DNA of 64,000 bases, taken from Octopus vulgaris (lineage: Eukaryota). The notes under the pieces are model-generated. The model made no database searches, was not told the origin of the DNA, and saw only the letters and a program-made list of their open reading frames with translations. Both the position numbers and the translations under genes were made by a program. This document shows, piece after piece, positions 62,387-64,000 of the stretch. Where the stretch lies: assembly GCA_951406725.2 (NCBI GenBank), contig OX597831.1, forward strand, positions 26,164,001 through 26,228,000, read 5' to 3'. Positions within the stretch are counted from its first letter, which is position 1. Each line of letters opens with the position of its first letter.

Positions 62387-62631
62387 TATCTCCCCTTCTT
62401 CCTAGCTCTCCTGTCTGACTACCTCTGTCCAGCCATCACCATGATTGACCACTAGCTATTAAAGCTTTCTTTTTTTATTCTCTCTCTGTTTATTTTCTCG
62501 TGTTCCTTTCTGTTGAAGAGCGTAGGCTCAAAACATAAAAGACTTTCTCACCTTCCCGAGCATTAAACTAATACACCTGTTTGTTGTTTATACACCTGTC
62601 TTCGTCTTCTGTCTTTTTGTAAATTCCACCT
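62385..62631 (+). mobile_element. Penelope-type non-autonomous element with CTGTTGA-core hammerhead-like fold
   Basis: CTTT-CTGTTGA-A-GAGC-gtag-GCTC-AAAAC-ATA-AAAG at 62506-62541; ends in (TA)n. Confidence 0.6.
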
Positions 62632-63374
62632 ATATATATATATATATATGTTATATGTGCGTATGTATAGCAGTATTGTGTGTATGTATAGCAGTATGTA
62701 TATGTGTGTATAAGTGTGTTTGCGCATATACTTTACTGGATGTGTGGGTTAATCGATTGATAATATTTTAAAGAAAATCTCATGTATTTATGTTTGTGCT
62801 GACTTATTTTAAATATGCCTCATATTTAAAATTCTTTAAATTTCATTAATTCTATGAAGGGCAAACTTAAATTTCTAGTTATGAAATAGAAAGTATATAA
62901 ATGTAAGCTTGACATTTTAATGTCACATATTTCCAAGGATGTAATAAAGTTATATTCCTGGATGATAACGTGCAACTCCTAATAATTTATTTAATATTTC
63001 AATTTGAAAATGATATTCTTTTAGAATAGATAAATATTTAAATGATATAGTTGTAGGTATAAACTTAATATAACACACATACACACACACAAACACACAT
63101 ATATATATCATCTTTCACATCATCATTTTAATGTCAACATTTCTGTGTTTGCATGGTTCAGATGGAATTCAATGAGGCAGATTTGCTATGCCAAGATGGC
63201 CTTCTTGTTGCTACCCCTTCCATGTTTCCAGTTTCCAATTAAGAGTGTATTTCCCCATGGCTGGCCATGTTTTTGCGGAAGACTGGAAACGAAGGACACA
63301 TGTTGAATAATGGTGATGTTTGTTTATTAAAACAACTACATGATGACAACACAAGCACACACACACACACACTC

Positions 63375-63423
<49 letters not shown>

Positions 63424-63464
63424 CATATATAAATCTATATGCCTGTATACATATATATTTTTCA

Positions 63465-63687
63465 GAGGATGTCACATTTTCAATATGTGACTTTGTGTGT
63501 ATCGTTGACGATTTTCTTTCTCCGTCTTACCTTCTTTGGACTTTTTCCTTTTTTCTATATTTCTGACGAAGAGCTCTGCTCGAAATGTTAAATCCTCCTT
63601 CTTTCTTTCCTTTCCTGAGCGTCCAATAACTCTATACTTGTTTCACATCCTTGCATTGTTATGTTTTCTCTTTGTTCATATTTGGAT

Positions 63688-63692
<5 letters not shown>
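63465..63692 (+). mobile_element. Penelope-type element with minimal hammerhead (family of 20341-20552)
   Basis: ATTT-CTGACGA-A-GAGC-tct-GCTC-GAAAT-GTT-AAAT at 63559-63593. Confidence 0.7.
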
Positions 63693-63743
<51 letters not shown>

Positions 63744-63747
63744 TATA

Positions 63748-63804
63748 TCAAAAGGATGCGTTATAATATTATTCCACAGCCATACCATTTATCCAACATA
63801 TATG

Positions 63805-63849
<45 letters not shown>

Positions 63850-63927
63850 ATATATATATACATATATATATCAAAAGGATGCGTTATAATATTATTCCAC
63901 AGCCATACCATTTATCCAACATATATG

Positions 63928-63989
<62 letters not shown>

Positions 63990-64000
63990 TTATAATATAT
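63748..64000. repeat. ~123-bp tandem duplication of unique sequence plus (TA)n
   Basis: tcaaaaggatgcgttataatattattccacagccataccatttatccaac at 63748 and 63871; partial third copy at ~63985. Confidence 0.9.

Noticed and set aside
698-63995. The many [12 protein letters not shown]/poly-L ORFs in the six-frame track
   Set aside because: Translations of (TA)n, (TG)n, (CTT)n and (CTG)n microsatellites, which lack stop codons by construction.

Overview
Eukaryotic, very AT-rich, microsatellite-saturated non-coding DNA (intron or intergenic). The SINE and microsatellite landscape looks most like an octopus (coleoid cephalopod) genome; this is recognition, not a database result. I find no intact host protein-coding exon, and nearly all ORFs in the supplied track are (TA)n/(TG)n/(ATC)n artefacts. 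The window holds dozens of tRNA-derived SINEs in several modular families, which I label A-E here (my own labels). It also holds RTE- and CR1/L2-type LINE fragments, a decayed Penelope-like element (RT + GIY-YIG relic), Tc1/mariner DD37D and pogo transposase relics, Helitron-type and piggyBac-type non-autonomous elements, and minisatellites. The main signal is at least nine short elements, most lying in or next to (TA)n tracts and several of them long palindromes, that carry type I hammerhead-ribozyme folds. Some have intact canonical cores (15962-16065, 55493-55538, 58014-58135). Others have variant cores, including a palindrome at about 35.3-35.6 kb whose two arms both carry a C3:G8 to G3:C8 swapped core (GUGAACA). 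All folds were paired by eye and ribozyme activity is untested. Repeat boundaries are approximate.
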